This document shows, piece by piece, positions 27,781-45,800 of a DNA stretch of 64,000 nucleotides. The stretch comes from Macrostomum lignano (lineage: Eukaryota), in contig NIVC01003324.1 in the NCBI GenBank assembly GCA_002269645.1, positions 1 through 64,000 on the forward strand, read 5' to 3'. The notes below the pieces were generated by a model. That model saw nothing but the letters and a program-made list of their open reading frames with translations. It made no database searches and had not been told where the DNA came from. Both the position numbers and the translations under genes were made by a program. How positions within the stretch are numbered: the stretch's first letter is position 1; the number at the start of each line of letters is the position of its first letter.

Positions 27781-28588
27781 CGCGTGCCTACTCAGGAGTG
27801 AACAGGAATGACTAAGATTATAAATTATAGCATTAATATTAGATAACTAGGCATATTAGTGTCAGTCAGACAGTCTTCTTTGACAAAGTTTTCAAAGATA
27901 TTAATGTAAACCTCGAGCTTGTGAAAGCGACCCGATAAAAAGACTAGCTATAAATTATATTCAACAAAGTGGGGACAAACACAATTATATACCTAATAGT
28001 ATAAGCATATACTATAGTGACCAATGCGCTTTAATCTAAACTAAACAATAGAAAAAGCCAGATATGCATTGGATTAACCAAAAATTACATCAGCGATATT
28101 CACTCCGCAAAAAATCAATGAAATCAGGCGCAATTATTTTAATGCTCAGCTTTCATAACTGGATACCAGAAATTTCACGATATAAGCATACTTAACTACT
28201 GATTAGAAGCCAACTAAGTAGTGCAGTATAGAAAAAAACGCAAAAATACAATATTGCAGATGAAAAAGTTGTTAAAATAAATGTTAAAAAATGATTCAAA
28301 TCGCAAAAAATCAAAGATTAGGGAATCGAAACTAAGAAAAGTACACTATACTCGTAAGAGACGGATATAATGGATATATTGTTGCACTAAATCAGCAGAA
28401 TAACTGTGAAATTATTAATGCCAAAACTTTGTTAGCAAAAATACGCTTCAAAAAACAGCTTCAACAGCATCAGAGAAAAAATAGTTCACACAAAAAGTAT
28501 ATTCCATGCATCATTAGTTTCTAGCAGGCATTTTGTGCTCAAGTTTAACTCTCCAAATTGTGCAATTATGCTACTCAGAGCATCGCAG

Positions 28589-33297
<4,709 letters not shown>

Positions 33298-34318
33298 TGA
33301 TTGATTTTTAGTCTTTTTAGTCTGAATACTACTGTACTGTGGTCTGTGCCTGTAGTTCGTAGGCCTTAGAGTTGTAGAGCGGAGCTGTTGTTTCTGAAAA
33401 TGATGGTAATAAGAAAAATAAGAAACCACTGAAAATATCCGAAACTGAGCATAGGCTTTTTCTAAATAGAATTACACATTATTTTTCCTAATATTTATTA
33501 AATAATTCCTGCACACTGACAGTGACAGCCGTGACACCGTACGCCAAACAGACGGACAGTACTTACTGTACTAGTAACTTTACTGTATAAATATCCTGGA
33601 AAATAAAGAACTTAAATTGGTAGATAAGACAAAAGAGATTTAACAAATATTTATAAACTACGTCTTTAAAAATGGGCCTAAAATTAATTATAGAGCCTTC
33701 TTGAGTGCAAAAACTAAAAAACCAGAGGGCACAGTTACAGTTAGCCTAGTTCATTTTATCTATATTATTATTAGGCCCTACTAATATTAGACCAATCTCA
33801 ATTTGCTTCTGCTATGTTGCATGTCAAGCACACAGCGCACACAAAATGGATACTTTTAATAATGGCGAAAAAGTCACATATAGGCCCCCAGAAATATAGT
33901 AGATAGCTTTTGTCTATGGCTTTTGTCTATTATTTTTTCTATGGCCCAAAAGCCAATTAATGCATTCTGGCAATGTTCTATTGAGAAGCAGCTTTGAAAA
34001 GCAATAAATATTGATTCAATAATTTACTCACTTATTGGCTGATTTAATTTAAATATCAGGCCTATTCAAGAACCCAACTGATAATTTCTAATACTAATAA
34101 TAGGTCCTAGTCCAATATGAGCATATGCCATTTTGTTTGCATCAAGTCAAGAAATGCAAACTTCAAAATCATATTTATTAGAAATTTAATTTGGTTTGAT
34201 TAGGCCTAAAATTTTGAAATATACATAGCATAGGCCCTTTACTAGGCATTAGGTATAGCCGTATAGTATAGGCCTAACTTCTAGTAGGTGTAGGTGTAGT
34301 TATTGCCATGAAATTTTA

Positions 34319-34900
34319 TCTCTACATATAAAAATCAAAACTCTGTGTGTGTGTCTGTGTGTGGACAATTTTGATCGCTATGGACTCCCAAACCACTCAA
34401 CCAAATTACACCAAACTTTACACCCACCCTAAACTCACTACGGAGAATGTCTTAGGCTACCTTTTAATTTCCTAGACTCAAGTCTTCCTACCTAAAAGTA
34501 CAAAAAACTGCTCAAAATGCGCGATTTTTTCACTAAATCCTCCATAGCGCCGCTCCACTTCTACCGATTCTCTTCAAATTTGACACAGGCAATTTTCAAC
34601 TATTTTGACACAATCGTGTAAAATTTCGAATCTCAAAGTTAAGCCTGAAAGCCGCTGTGCACTTTTAAAGTTAGGCTGTTTTTTTCAGCGAGGCAGCCAC
34701 CCCAACCTCCGCCCGCCTGCCTCTCTTTCCCGATCTGGGCAAAGGGTGTGAATCAGGTTTTAAAATGCCTAACTTTCGGTTGCCATAAGTTTGCTCCACG
34801 TGAAGCGATTGACTTCTAACTTAACACAATTCTTCTTTGATTCATTCTCTGTCTAAATGTAAAGTTTCAACTCTCTAACTCAATCAGAACAGAAACTGTA
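34319..34900 (+). mobile_element. Possible non-autonomous Helitron-like element (5' part)
   Basis: A|TCTCTACATATAAAAATC followed by a (GT)n tract and cgctat...aaaccactcaaccaaatt resembles invertebrate non-autonomous Helitron 5' ends; no clear 3' hairpin/CTRR found, so the right boundary is arbitrary. Confidence 0.35.
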
Positions 34901-35475
34901 AGCATGTGAAGTTTGTCTGCTTTTTCTGTTGTTTGTGCCACTCACTCACTCATTCCCCCAGCCCAGACGAAGGGTCAGGCGATAGGGCTGAATGTACATG
35001 GCAACGTACAGTGTTTTGGAATAACTTTTAATAGCCTTCTCTGCACCCCGCGAGTGGAGAGGCGTGGAGAGGAGAGACAGTTTCAGCGAGAGATTCAATC
35101 CACTGTCCTCTGTATAGACAAGTCTGCAGCAGTTTAACAGTGGATGGCAAACAGGCAAATCAAGGCGATGCGGGATGGTTTGTAAAAATAGCGAAAAATT
35201 AATGAATAACTTATTACAATGCAATCCTACTAAATTAGTTACACCATGAAGCTTTTAACATAAGTTTCGCATAGGGTAACTTTAAAATTTAAATGACTCC
35301 TAAGAAATGCGCATTTCCTTGGTTGTTAGACTGCTGCAGAGTGCAGACTGTGGTGGTGGAGCTGGAGATACACAAATTCCTCTCAGGGCTGCTAATTGGC
35401 CAGAAAGGTGACGTGATTAAAGCATGAGAAATGATAACCATGATAGTACTACGTCCCACAAACTGGCTTTCGAAG

Positions 35476-36970
35476 CAGGGATCGGTAGATTTTTAACTCA
35501 AAGGCCAGATAAAGAATTCAACTCATGGCTGCGGGCCAGATGAGAGTGAAAAAGAAAAGGAATAGACTATTAGAAAGAGAGGAAGGGCGAGAGGGGGTAA
35601 GAGAAAAGATATAAGATAACAGGAAAGACAGGTGGGGTGAGGACGAGGAGAGAGCAGAGAATATGAGAGGAGGAAGCGAGAGGAGGGGAGACAGGAGGGA
35701 GAGGAAAGAGTAGAGGTGAGAAGAGGAAGAGAGAAGAGGGGAGAGATGAGACAGAGGATCGATGAGAGAGCAGAGTAGAGAAGAGTGAGAAGAGAATAGA
35801 GAATAGAGAACAGAGAGGAGATAGGAGGGGAGAGAGAGGGAGAGAGGAGTGAGAAGAGAGGAGAAAGGAGAGATGATAGAGTAAAGGGAAGAAGAGGAGA
35901 GAGGAAAGAGATGAGATTGTGGAGACGAGAGAGTAGAGATGAGAGATGAAGGAAGAGAGAGCAGAGTGCAAAGAGACAAGAGAAGAGTATAGAAGAGGGA
36001 AGAGAAGAGGAGTAAGAAGAGAGGATTCAGTAGAGGGGAAAGAGAAGAGTACACAGGAGAGTGGAGAGTAAAGATTACAAGAGAGAGGGGTAGAGAGCAA
36101 AGATGAGAGTGAACGCGATATATGAGAGGAGAGAGGAGAGTGAAGAGAGAAGAGAGAAGACAAGAGAGGGAGAGAATAGAAGAGGGAAGAATAGAGAAGG
36201 GAAAAAGGAGAAAGGAAAGAGAGGAGTCAAAAGAGGGGAAAGAGAAGAGTACAGATGAGAGAGGTGAGAGAACATACGAGTATAAGAGAGTAAAGATGGC
36301 AGATGAGAGAGAAGAGATGAGAGACCAGAGACGAGAGTGAACAGACGAGAGATGGGAGAGTGAAGAGAAAAAAGGATAGAAATAAGAGATGAGAGGTGAG
36401 ACAAAGGGAGAGAGAAGTGAGTGAGGAGAGAGGAGGGGAGGGGAGAGAACCGAGATAACAGGGGAAAGAGGAGAAAGGACGAGAGAGGAGATGAAACAGG
36501 GGAGAGATTAGAGGAGAAAGAGATATGGGACAGGAGAGAGCAGAGAGATAAGAGGAGAGAGAGGGAGAGAGAGGAGAGAGAGAGGGAAAGAGAGAGGAGA
36601 GAACATGCAGAAAGAATGAGAAAAGAGAAGAGAGAAAAGATAAAAGAAGAGAAAGAAGAGATAGATAAGAGAGCAAAGACGAGAGAGAAGAGAGGTGAGG
36701 GAAGAGACGATAGAAGAGAGGAGAGAGGAGAGAGGAAAGAAGAGAAGAGATGAGAGGAGAGAGAGGAGAGAGTAGAGAGGAGGGAGGAGAGGAGGGATAA
36801 AAGAATAGAAGGGAGAGAGAATAGACGAGAGAATAGGGGATAGAGGAGAGAGAGAGAGAAGAGACAGAGACGAGAGAGAGGAGAGGAAACAGAAGAGAAG
36901 GTCGAAGTTTCTAAGGATCCAAGGGACATAAGGAGAGGCAGAGGCCAGAGTTTGCCTGTTCGCAGCACCC
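35476..36970. mobile_element. Degenerate hAT-type MITE with a ~1.4-kb GA-rich internal expansion
   Basis: Left arm (ggccagata.agaa...catg.ctgcgggccaga) matches the 40537 element; interior is a degenerate (GA)n; TIRs decayed. Confidence 0.5.
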
Positions 36971-37654
36971 CAGCCAACAATAAATGTTTGCCTCAAATCC
37001 TAATTTTTCACGAATGTACTCTAATTTATGTTTAATTCTAACCTAACTATTAACGAGTTTTTGTTTGAGTTTGACCTCAGATTTTAGAATACGAGTACAT
37101 GCAAAAATAGTTCCAGGGATTGAAATTCCCCGGGTTCAAAATCCGCGGGTTTCAACAGCTTGTCCTTCAATAAAACAAATATGAAAGAGGATGTAGGTAA
37201 ATAAAATTTAAACTTAGACTAGGCCCCTACTTAAATAATCCTATTGTCCACAATGAGTAGGCCTAGGCATGTTAGAAAAAATATAGGAAATTTCTAGATA
37301 TAGACCTAGTTAAAATTTAACTTAGACTAGGCCTAAGTCCTACTTAAATAATCTTATTTGTTGTCTTATCCATAGTGAGCAGGCCCTAGGCATATTAGAG
37401 ACAACATAGGAAATTTCTAGCACTAGAACTTTCTAGCATAGTTTGTTTACTTTGCGAATAGACCTTGTTGTCTTTACTTTATAGATTAGGCCTAGCTTTG
37501 TTGCCCTTAGCCTAGGTTTGCATAGTTAGGTAGAGGCCTAACCTATAGTTTGGATCATATATTAATAGGGCCTATACATTGGGAAAAAGTATAGGACCTT
37601 GTTTGTATAACGGGACTAAAAATGTTTTTATTTTGTACACCAAATTTATTTTAT

Positions 37655-38400
37655 GCAGAATTTTAAATCCTATAATAGTAGCAGCATTCATTGCAACTTG
37701 GGCTGTATGAGTAGGGGCATTGTCATGAAGCAGCAGTGGGTAAGCACTCAACTTGCCTTGCCTCTTCCTGACAATTGCTTGACAAAGTCAGCCTACCTAT
37801 TCAGCATACTGCACACCTATTATAGTATGCCCCATTGGCAGGTAATCAGCAAGTAGCATCCCCTGACAATCCTAGAAAAAGCAGCCTAAGACCTTGTCAG
37901 CTGATTTCACTTGCTTGAACTTGCAGGGGGCACCTTCTCCTAGGTGCCGCTACTCCATGGAGTCATGCTTGAACTTAGGGTCATAGTGGTGTAGCTAATA
38001 GGCCTTACTCATCCTCTGTTATGATTCATTGCTCCAATCCATTTGGGTCCATGTTGTACAAGTCAAGCATAAAGCAGCTTGAGTTCATTCAATTTAGCTT
38101 GTGGTCCCACAAAAGCATTTGGGGCACCCATGGGCACTGACCTTATTGTATCCAAGGATTTGGTGCAAGATCTTCTCAACTGAGCCAATTGAGATACCAA
38201 CAGTGTATGTAATGCTAGCAACTCAAATTTGCCAATTTTCATCTAGGAGCTTGGCAACTGCATCAACTTTCTCTTGGTTGACGCTGGTAACAGGGTACCT
38301 GCCTACTCTGGGAGTCATCTTTGAGGGTCACCTTGCCTTGCTTAAATTTAGTATAGTGCCTCTCAATTGTGTATAGAGAGGGGCAAGTTGTGGGGTACAC
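37655..38400 (-). mobile_element. Mariner (Tc1/mariner) transposase relic
   Basis: - strand translation with stops and shifts gives IITEDE, HYDP, VKSADKV, ADYLPMG and LLLHDNAPTHTA, all mariner catalytic-domain motifs. Confidence 0.85.
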
Positions 38401-38498
38401 AGACTTGATCTCTACTGTGATTGCTAGTGTCTTGAATCCTTTTAAGGTAAAAAAATTAATAAGAGCTCAATACTCCTGTTTCTCTATTTTGCTGAAAA

Positions 38499-38668
38499 TA
38501 CAAGGGGTGCTTTGAATTCTTGCTAAAAAAATGACTTCAAAAACTGATGAAAGGTTGAACATCTGCCATAGAGACTCTATATGAAAGTTACTATTCTAAA
38601 CCAAAAAGGTTTCATGAAAATATTATGTGATATAGCCAAATGACAAAACTTTTTGAATACCCCTCATA
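38499..38668. mobile_element. Short mariner-type MITE or terminal remnant with TA flanks
   Basis: TA-CAAGGGGTGCTTTGAA at left versus TA-TGAGGGGTATTCAAAA (reverse complement of right end); imperfect match. Confidence 0.4.
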
Positions 38669-39396
38669 TATGCCAGGATATACATTGATGTTTGTTAAAA
38701 AATGGTAGGTACCCTTGTTATATACAAGGAAATCTGGACATACATGTTGCCTTCCAATTAAACTATGGCAGTTAGCAAATATTTATTCAAAGGATAAAAA
38801 AATTAAAGACCCTATCTGTATAATGAAAAATAGCAAAAATATTGTGATGCAATCTTTTTAAGCCTATGCATTTTAGGCCTTAAGACTGACTTTTTAGATA
38901 TTGTTATAAGCTAAAGCAAGGTATTTTTTGCTATTCTAATAGGGTTATCAATTATAGATAAAGGATAAAATTAAATCTTACTAGAGTCGCTAGTAATAAA
39001 AAAGAAAAAAAATTTAATTTTTATCTAAAATTATATAAAAACATTATAGTATATTTAGCCTAATTGACACTATGGTATTAACTAAGGTGAATTATTTAAA
39101 CTTTTAGTTAAGTATTTTTTGTCAAACTATTCATTTAGATAGTCCCTAGGGCCTAGAGTTCATTGTCTAGTATTATAAGTTTTAATCTGTTGTGTTCCAA
39201 GATGGACCAGCCAGCTACGTCTTGCGCTCTGTATGAGCAGGAAAATGCAGCCCCAGTCCTGCTGCTTGCCAACCCACTGTCGCACAAATGCGCAGGCAGT
39301 AGGCCAGGAATCAGGGTTGCAGCAAACGTACAGGCCCCGGTTACAAAGTCCTAGAGGCTCTTGACCCCGAAATAACAGGAACAGAATGATACTTAC

Positions 39397-39439
39397 TGTG
39401 GCGCGGATACTTGGCACGCTGGGCGTCTATGTTGAACAT
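39397..39439 (-). CDS. PFKFB: Probable alternative (distal) first coding exon of PFKFB: MFNIDAQRAKYPRH
   Basis: ATG-initiated 43-nt exon ending in a perfect A|GTAAGT donor. Phase 1 matches the acceptor at 32490, giving ...[25 protein letters not shown]. Confidence 0.55.
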
Positions 39440-40186
39440 GATTGTTAGCACGCTGGTTTTTGGTTTATTGTCATATAGTATACTATTTGCAGCGAAGGAG
39501 TCAGAGGAGAAGCGGTCGCATGGGGGGAGAGGACAGGAGCGCACGCCAATAAATATTTGCCAGCACAACATGGGATGGGGCAAAAGCTGCAGGGTAAGAG
39601 AAAAGGCGGGGTGGGCAGAGAGAGCGAGCGGGGATTGGCTGCAGCCACACAAACTGCGACTGGGGGGGGTAGAAAACCAGAATTACAGAAAACAGCGACA
39701 GCCAATGAGAGAGCACGGAGGGGGAGGGATAATAATAATCAGGGGTGAGAAAGTTGCAGACATAGGCTGGACAAATAAACAACTATCAGTTGGTCTAGTG
39801 CAGTGGCACCAAAAATAAATAAAGTACTCTAAGAAACTAGCTCACAACAAGTTGCAAGCATGGAAGGGGTGGGAAGGGTTGGCAGAGGGAGAGAGAGAGA
39901 GAGAGACTACAGTAAGGGCAAATACATTGAGTTACAAATTCACAACAAATCTTTTTTAATTTTACTTTTGAAATGCTTATCTTATTTGTGGATAGGCCTA
40001 TCATTTTAGTTCCATCAAAGTATAATTCAATTCCTCAATTTTATACCATTTTTAGCCTAGGCCAAGGCCTAATAATGAAATGATATACCCATTTACTTAT
40101 TAACACTAGCTGTAATATATTTGCAAATAGGACAATTAAGGGAGTATGGCTAATGGGCCCACAACTTATTTTCTGCATGTTTTACA
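39440..40186. promoter_or_regulatory. Candidate bidirectional promoter between PFKFB and ACSS1
   Basis: About 750 bp between divergent ATGs; GC-box-like ggcggggtggg (~39605) and oppositely oriented CCAAT boxes (ATTGG 39633, CCAAT 39702). Confidence 0.45.
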
Positions 40187-42763
40187 ATGCTGAGATGCCC
40201 ACTACAGCTGGTCAGACTCAGGCTGCCAGTCAGGCAGTTATCAGATCTGACTACTAAGTTCACAGGTCTTGGCAGTTTCAGCAACCTAAACTATGACCAA
40301 CTGCAATCTAGCCTGCGCACTGATTCATCTCAGTGTGAGCAGTTCTGGAAGCTTATTGGAGAACAGCAACTGAATTGGATGCAGCCATTTCATACTGTCT
40401 CAGATTGCGACTTGAAATCTGCTAAGATTGCTTGGTATCTTGGTGGCAAACTCAATGCTAGTGGTGAGTAGGGGAGTTCATGTTAAAAACGATACCGTGA
40501 CAAAAATCGTTAAGAGTCACTTACTAGAGACTCGGGCAGGGGTAGGCAAACTTTGTTACCTTAAGGGCCAGATAGAGAACCTAGCGCATGACTGCGGGCC
40601 AGAGGAGGGGAGAAAGAGGGGAGGGAATAGACAAAAGAGATTGAATAAAGGAGAAGAGAGGAGATGAGAGTAGAGGAGTGATGATATAGAAGAAGGGAGA
40701 GAAGATGAGAGGAGGGAGACGAGATATGAGAAAGGAGAGAGAGAAGTGAATATGAGAGATAAGAGAAAAGAGAAGAAAATGAGATTAGAGAGAAAAGAGC
40801 TGAGAAGAGACACAAATCTTAAGCGGGCTGGATTGCAATCATGAATTTTCAAAGGACCAAGGGCCTGACTAATACATGTAGAGAGGCTTTGAGGGTCACA
40901 GATGGCCCGCGGGCCGGAGGTTGCCTACCCCTGCTCTAGGGCTACTCTTGTGACTTTTTAATGACTCAAAGCGCGTCACGTGAGCTCAAAAAGTGCCGTC
41001 CAAAAATCGTTGTGTCAGGCGTTTAACTTTCGCTAGATAGAGATATGACTCTACAGCAACTCTAGCATGCCTCAGATTCAACTCTACTTGTCCCAAAGTT
41101 GTTAGCCCATCGCATCAGTCAGTAACTTGTGTGGCCTCAGAGAGTTGCAGAAAATAAAATGCTTCAAAGTGACTCTTTGGGGACTCTTTGGGCAACTTTT
41201 ACCATCACATCACATTGTTCTAAGCTCACTTCTTTTCTATTTTATTTGTGTTACCTGCAAAAAATTCTTAGCCTAAGTACTGAACTTTCATTGGAGTAAC
41301 CAGAATTTTCCCATATCTATGTCTGTACCAATATCTAAATTTTCTCATACCCATATCTGTACCCATAGCTAATTAATTTCCCATAACTTCCCATAATATG
41401 GCGATAAAGTAAGTAAAGAATATCATAAATAGTTTAACCTATCACTTATTAATAGGCATTTATCTTAACCTTTCGCCCCACCACCCTAACCACACGAGGT
41501 GCATGTGGCATCAGAAATATCTGTTGCTTTGAGTCCCTGACCCCAGGGAATTAAGAGTTCCCCTCAAAAATGCTTTGAATCTGGTAAAGATCTTTTTTTT
41601 TCTATCCCATCTACCTTACTTGCTACCTTCCTTGACTAGCATTGAAGTCAAGGGCTCCAGTGGTGCTTTGAGTGTTTTGTCTCAGTTATTGAGTGGCTAG
41701 ATATGGAAAATATGTGTTCCCATAACCATATTAATGACTTCCTATAGCTGTATCCGTACGTACGGTGAAATTCTAGTATATCTTTATCAGCATTAGCCAA
41801 AATCATAAAACTGGGTCCGTGCATCTTCATGACTGTGCATTGCACTCTCGATTTCACAGCCAACTGCATCGATAGGCATCTTGCTACACGGGCTGATCAG
41901 ACTGCATTGATCTGGGAGCAAGATGAGCCCGGGAATCAGGTTTATATCACCTATAAGTGAGTCTCATTTGTTTGCATTATTGATGTAGCCTTGTAATTTA
42001 TCTGAATGTGTTATGTTTCACTGAATCTATCAATACATTGACAGGTTCCACTTCGATATGGTAAGATATATTCAATAGTGTAGATAGGTAGAGACTTAAT
42101 TTCTAATTTCTGTTAGTCAGTTGTTAGGATAACTATATGTACATAAAATTGATGGATCTTTGCTTATAAAAGATATTTATTATTTGCATAAATTTAATGC
42201 TTTAATAGAGCCAAGTAAGTCTAAATGTAGTCTAACTTCTGACTGACTGACTGACTGACTGACTGACTGACTGACTGACTGACTGACTGACTGACTGACT
42301 GACTGACTGACTGACTAAATCTACCACTTGACATTTGCAGGCAGCTGCACGCGGAAGTTTGCCGCATTGCCAGCTTGCTGCTGCAGTCTGGCCTGCAAGC
42401 CGGCGACACCGCGGTGCTGTACATGCCGACTGGGCCGCCAGTTGTGTACTGCATGCTGGCCTGCGCCAGGATCGGCGTGGCCCATTCCGTTGTGTTTGCC
42501 GGGTTCAGTGCCGAGGCTTTGGCCGCTAGAATTCAAGATGGTGAGATTTAGTTAACGACTAATTATTGGATCATTAAATTAAAGCCTTGGGTCTTAAAGT
42601 GTTTGATAAGATTGAGAACTTGCTCAAGTTATACGAAGTTAATATGGGACATCTGGTATCCAAGATAGCTGCAATACTACTACTACTACTGCTACTGCTA
42701 CTACTACTGCTACTACTACTACTAATACTACTACTACTGCTACTACTACTACTACTACTACTG

Positions 42764-42808
<45 letters not shown>

Positions 42809-45800
42809 GTGCAACCGACTAAACAGCTCAGCCGCAGCTATTGCGCGGCGCATCTGAAGGCTGCGTACGGCTGTTCAGTCCATGGACTGAGGGGGGATCG
42901 CCACACACATCCTCAATTACTCCAGCTAATGCTGGCACCCATTTTACAGCTGGATGAACTGAAGCAATGCAGCGTTAAGTGTCTTGCTCTAGGAAACAAA
43001 TTTTGATCCAAGTGGGTCGAGAAATCGAACCCCCGACCTTACAGTCGTGAGTCCTACACTCTAACCACTAGGCTTACAACCCCTTGTAGCATTGTAGCAT
43101 ACGCAAAGAACGAAGTTACAAGCATTGTGTGGCTGTATTTAAAAATATGCTTATACTGTTAAACAACCAACCATTTTTTATCACGAAAGCTAATTTGTAT
43201 CCATCAATCACTCAACAGTGGGCGCCAAGGTTGTCATAACAACAGACCAAGCTATCAGAGGCGGCAAGACTGTGGAATTGAAACGCACAGTTGATGCAGC
43301 TGTCAAGTCTTGTCCAATGGTAGAACGCGTGTTTGTAAGCACCAGGACTGGCGCCAGCGTACCTATGGGCAGCATTGACGTGCCATTGGAGAAGGTAATT
43401 TGTAGTATTGTAATTGCTTGGACCCCGCCCCTATGATTGTTCGAAGGGTCAGTGTCCCGGAAATTATCTCCTTTATTCTCAATTATCTGCCCCTAGAATG
43501 TGACCCCCTTAATTACTGACCCCGTCTAGAATGTGACCCTCATTAATTACTGACCCCCTCTAGGATGTGACCCTCATTAATTACTGGCCCCCCTCTAGAA
43601 TGTGACCCCCTTAATTACTGGCCTCCCTCTAGAATGTGACCCCCTTAATTACTGGCCTCCCTCTAGAATGTTACCCCCTTAATTACTGGCCTCGCTCTAG
43701 AATGGGACCCCCTTAATTACTGGCCTCCCTCTAGAATGTGACCCCCTTAATTACTGGCCTCCCTCTAGAATGTGACCCCCTTAATTACTGGCCTCCCTCT
43801 AGAATGTTACCCCCTTAATTACTGGCCTCGCTCTAGAATGGGACCCCCTTAATTACTGGCCTCCCTCTAGAATGTGACCCCCTTAATTACTGGCCTCCCT
43901 CTAGAATGTTACCCCCTTAATTACTGGCCTCGCTCTAGAATGGGACCCCCTTAATTACTGACCCCTGGAAAGTGACCCCGACTTTTTTCCTACCCCCCCC
44001 TCTACAATGTGACCCCTAGAATGTGACTTCCCCCTGAATTACTGACCCATTTAGAATGTGACCCCCAGTAATTACTGACCCCCACTAGAATGTAACTTCA
44101 TTAACTACAGACCACTTTAGAGTGTGATCCCCTTAATTACATGTATTCATCTGGAATGTGGCCCCCATTAAGCACTGACCCCCTCTAGAAAGTGACCCCC
44201 ATTTATTTCTTACCCCTTATAGAATGTGACCCCCCTTATTGCGGACCCACTGGAAAGTGACCCCCATTAATTACTCCCCCCCCTTCAGAACGCGGCCGCC
44301 TGCTCAGCCGACTGTGCCGCAGAGCCGATGGACAGCGAGCAGCCGCTATTCGTGCTGTACACATCCGGTTCAACTGGCAAGCCGAAAGGCCTGGTGCACA
44401 GCACCGCAGGCTATCTGGTGTACACCAGCCTTACGCATCAGCACGTGTTCGACTATCGGCCCGGCCAGGACATCTTCGGCTGCGTCGCCGACGTCGGCTG
44501 GATCACCGGGCACAGCTATGTGGTGTACGGGCCCTTGGCTAACGGCGGCACAACTCTGCTGTTTGAGAGCACGCCAGCCTATCCGGATGTTGGACGCTAC
44601 TGGGAGACTGCCGAACGGCTGGGCCTGACGCATATTTATTTGTCGCCTACGTCATTGAGAATGCTGCTGAGATATAGCACTGATTTTGTTACTAAGTAAG
44701 TTGATATTTGATGCTTGACCCCTAAATTTTAACTCTTACTGAACTAATTAGATGGCGAAGCATTTTTGTAGTTAAAGAAAGTCATAGTTACTTCCACCGT
44801 TTACTTAAAAATTATTTGCGGTTACATTTTCAGTGTGTATTTTTCGTTCACGCTGGATTGTCTCAGGTGTGAAACACAATTAAAGTGTGTCCCGCGTGTG
44901 ACATCACAATTAAAGTGTGTCTCAGGTGTGACATCACACAATTAAAGTGTGTCTCGGGTGTGACATCACACAGTTAAAGTGTGTCTCAGGTGTGACATCA
45001 CACAGTTAAAGTGTGTCTCAGGTGTGACATCACACAATTAAAGTGTGTCTCAGGTGTGACATCACACAATTAAAGTGTGTCTCGGGTGTGACATCACACA
45101 ATTAAAGAGTGTCTCAGGTCAGGTGTGACATCACACAATTAAAGAGTGTCTCAGGTGTGACATCACACAATTAAAGAGTGTCTCAGGTGTGACCCAACAG
45201 AACAGGAGGTTCGACTCTGTGCGATTCAAAGCTACGAGGGCCAGCCCTCAAGGCACAGATGAGTGTACATGCTTGCCCATTTAGAAAGTCAGGACCGCTG
45301 TACACCCTGTGTGAGCATGTGTGTGAGTGCGTCAGGGGTGGTTGTTGGAACAGTCGGAACTGTTAATAGTCGAAATCTCTGTAGCCATATGAAGTCCCCT
45401 TATCAGCTGTTAGAAACCAAGTTAAGCATTGCTCTCGGCCAATTCAAACCGAAGGTACGATCTGAGTCGCCTGCGCGTTCTCGGCTGTGTCGGGGAGCCG
45501 CTCAACCACGAGGCCTGGGAATGGTATCACAGGTGGGTTGGCGGCGGCCACCGCGACATCGCCGACACCTGGTGGCAGACCGAGACTGGCGGCGTGTGCA
45601 TCGCCCCGCGGCCCTCGGCTGAAGGCGCGCCGATCCTCCCAGCTATGCCAATGCGCCCGTTCTATGGCCTGGAGCCCGTGCTCATGGACCCCGCCACAGG
45701 TGCCGAGGTGACAGAGTCACCAGCCGAGGGACATCTGTGCATGCGACGGCCCTGGCCCGGCATGGCCCGCTCCATCTGGGGTGATCATAAGTGAGAGTTC

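Noticed and set aside
42587-43006. 139-aa poly-Leu ORF resembling a membrane protein
   Set aside because: It is the (TAC)n SINE tail plus antisense SINE body within ACSS1 intron 3.
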